Positions 61,786 to 64,000 of a stretch of 64,000 bases of DNA are shown here, piece after piece. Within the stretch, counting starts at the first letter, position 1. Every line of letters begins with the position of its first letter. Location of the stretch: contig OZ024741.1 of assembly GCA_964016885.1 (NCBI GenBank), positions 182,838,001 to 182,902,000 of the forward strand, written 5' to 3'. The stretch is from Eledone cirrhosa. Taxonomy: Eukaryota. A model generated the notes under the pieces. It was not told the DNA's origin. It ran no database searches and saw only the letters and a program-made list of their open reading frames with translations. A program made the position numbers and the translations under genes.

Positions 61786-63924
61786 TGTCATTGGAGAGAA
61801 GTGTATCCGGAATGATAAAGGTGAGCTTGCCCTCACAAGTGCTGAGAAGAAAGATGCATGGAAGAGTCATTATGATAGATTACTAAATGAGGAGAATGCA
61901 TGGGAAGAAGAGACCCTACCCCACGTAGACCCTATAGAGGGACCAGCAGTACAAGTCAGCGGCAGCGTAGTAAGTAAGGCAATCAGAGATATGAAGATAG
62001 GGAAGGCAACCGGTCCATCGGGTATAGCTGCCGAGATGCTGAAGGCATCTGGGTCTGTAGGTCACACTATAACCACACGTATCGTTAACCAGGTAATACT
62101 AGAGGGGGCCATACCAAAAGATTGGTGCAGTAGCATCATTGTCAACTGCTACAAAGGTAAAGGCGATGCACTAGATAGAGGAAACTATAGAGGTATAAAG
62201 TTGATGGACCAGGTCATGAAAGTAACAGAAAGAGTTATAGCACAGCTGATTAGGGACCGGGTGAATATAGACGAGATGCAATTTGGGTTTGTTCCAGGGA
62301 AAGGCACCACTGATGCGCTCTTCCTTGTGAGGCAATTACAGGAAAAGTACCTAGCTAAAAGTAAGCCACTCTACTTGGCATTTGTCGACCTTGAGAAAGC
62401 CTTTGACAGAGTTCCACGTGCAGTAATCTGGTGGGCTCTTAGAAAACTAGGAGTAGATGAATGGCTTGTGAAAGCGGTACAAGCCATGTATAGGGGAGCA
62501 GTCAGCAAAGTTAGGATTGGCAATGAGTATAGCGAGGAATTTAGCGTACAGGTTGGGGTCCACCAGGGCTCTGTTCTTAGCCCTCTCCTGTTCATCATAG
62601 TCCTGCAGGCAATAACGGAGGAGTTTAAGACCGGATGCCCATGGGAACTCCTGTATGCTGATGACCTCGCACTCATAGCTGAATCTATGGTAGAACTAGA
62701 GAATAAATTCCAAACCTGGAAGCAGGGACTAGAGAGAAAGGGCCTCAAAGTCAACATGACAAAGACTAAGGTCCTTATAAGTAGACGAGAAAACAGAACC
62801 CAGATCCCCTCAGGGAAATGGCCTTGCTCAGTATGTAGGAAAGGTGTAGGTAGGAACTCCATTCTTTGCCCCAAATGCAAACAATGGGTACACAAGAGAT
62901 GTAGCGGGATCTCAGGAAGCTTAATTAAGAATGTAGGATTCACATGCAGCAGCTGTGCTGAAACAGCAAGCAAACAGCCACAGGAAACAAGTACCACCAA
63001 TCTCTGGGAGGGCCCTGTAGAAACAGTAGACAGCTTCTGCTACCTAGGTGACCGAATTAGCAACGGAGGTGGGTGCTCAGAAAGTACAATAACTAGGGTA
63101 AGAACGGGATGGAAGAAGTTTAGGGAACTACTACCACTGCTAGCTGCAAAAGGCTTCTCCCTCAGAATGAAAGGCAGACTGTATGATGCGTGTATCCGAA
63201 CAGCGATGTTGCATGGTAGTGAGACCTGGGCGCTGAAGGTGGAAGACTTACGTAGATTAGAGAGAAACGAAGCCTGCATGCTCCGATGGATGTGTAACAG
63301 TAATATACGTGAACGACAAAGCATAAATGAATTGAGAGAGAGACTGAGCATAAGAGGAATCAAATGCTGCGTGCAGGAGAGGCGGTTACGCTGGTATGGA
63401 CATGTGATGCGTATGAAGGATGACAGCTGCATAAAAAGGTGCAGAGCACTAGAAGTTGATGGAAACCGCGGAGTGGGGAGACCCAAGATGACTTGGGATG
63501 AGGTGATAAAAGCCGACCTTACCCAACTACACCTCTCAAAGTCAATGACACACGACCGTGACTTCTGGCGTCACGCAGTAATACAGGGTACCCGACCTCC
63601 CATGGGTACATGCTGAAGCATATAAACAATATGCCCCCCCCCCCCCCCCCCCACCGCAAGGTGGTCGTGGAGGTGCCACGGCAAAAAAGCACCCAGCCCA
63701 CACTGTAAAGTGGACGTGTAGGCGCCACGAAAAAGCACCCAGCACTCACTGTAAATGAGGTTGGTGTTAGGAAGGGCATCCAGCTGTAGAAATCAAGCCA
63801 GATCAGTTCCTGTATGAGCAAGGCATGGTCAGCCAACCAGACACTGCCCACAACAGGACAACCCGTCTAACCCATGCTAGCGTGGAAGAACGGACGTAAA
63901 ACGGTGATGATGATGATGATGATG
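61786..63924 (+). mobile_element. Young RTE LINE subfamily A, 5'-truncated, with complete 3' UTR and (GAT)n tail
   Basis: Uninterrupted RT-to-stop reading frame; no APE domain present. Confidence 0.93.
61991..63616 (+). CDS. RTE reverse transcriptase with embedded PHD-like finger (partial ORF, 541 aa)
   Basis: NYRGI, QFGF, FVDLEKAFD, HQGSVLSP, YADD, C4-H-C3 finger, YLG, RLRWYGHV, GRP motifs. Confidence 0.9.
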   Translation: MKIGKATGPSGIAAEMLKASGSVGHTITTRIVNQVILEGAIPKDWCSSIIVNCYKGKGDALDRGNYRGIKLMDQVMKVTERVIAQLIRDRVNIDEMQFGFVPGKGTTDALFLVRQLQEKYLAKSKPLYLAFVDLEKAFDRVPRAVIWWALRKLGVDEWLVKAVQAMYRGAVSKVRIGNEYSEEFSVQVGVHQGSVLSPLLFIIVLQAITEEFKTGCPWELLYADDLALIAESMVELENKFQTWKQGLERKGLKVNMTKTKVLISRRENRTQIPSGKWPCSVCRKGVGRNSILCPKCKQWVHKRCSGISGSLIKNVGFTCSSCAETASKQPQETSTTNLWEGPVETVDSFCYLGDRISNGGGCSESTITRVRTGWKKFRELLPLLAAKGFSLRMKGRLYDACIRTAMLHGSETWALKVEDLRRLERNEACMLRWMCNSNIRERQSINELRERLSIRGIKCCVQERRLRWYGHVMRMKDDSCIKRCRALEVDGNRGVGRPKMTWDEVIKADLTQLHLSKSMTHDRDFWRHAVIQGTRPPMGTC

Positions 63925-64000
63925 AGCTTAGCAGTTCAATAAATGAAGATTATTGGAATGAGAAACATACTAAAAAATAAAGGGTGGCATCAGGAAAGGA

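Noticed and set aside
62371-63486. Antisense ORFs over RTE copies (also 22323, 30365, 32453, 37803, 42454)
   Set aside because: Shadow frames of conserved RT coding sequence with no independent motifs.

Overview
AT-rich animal genomic DNA. The repeat inventory of RTE LINEs with (GAT)n tails, tRNA-head SINEs and (TA)n tracts suggests an octopod cephalopod, which is inference. One host gene crosses the window on the minus strand: 14 phase-consistent GT-AG exons (54888 to 4165, 598 codons, both ends not found). They encode a Lys-rich N-terminus and ankyrin repeats resembling invertebrate tankyrase-like PARPs (C. elegans PME-5/TANK-1 type). The introns are packed with transposons: an apparently intact autonomous piggyBac (TTAA sites, TIRs, 558-aa ORF) with about 7 MITEs sharing its ends; three Helitron-type insertions, each inside a piggyBac-type MITE; a 5'-truncated Penelope-like element with an inverted pLTR; about 9 RTE LINE copies, the longer ones with a PHD-like finger inside the RT region; a decayed mariner; a decayed gypsy; and many SINEs. 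The most unusual signal is a set of type I hammerhead ribozyme motifs in (TA)n-associated, often fold-back, Penelope-type ends. Their helix II ranges from 13 nt to about 50, 90 and 150 nt. All assignments come from reading the sequence by eye; no searches or folding were run.
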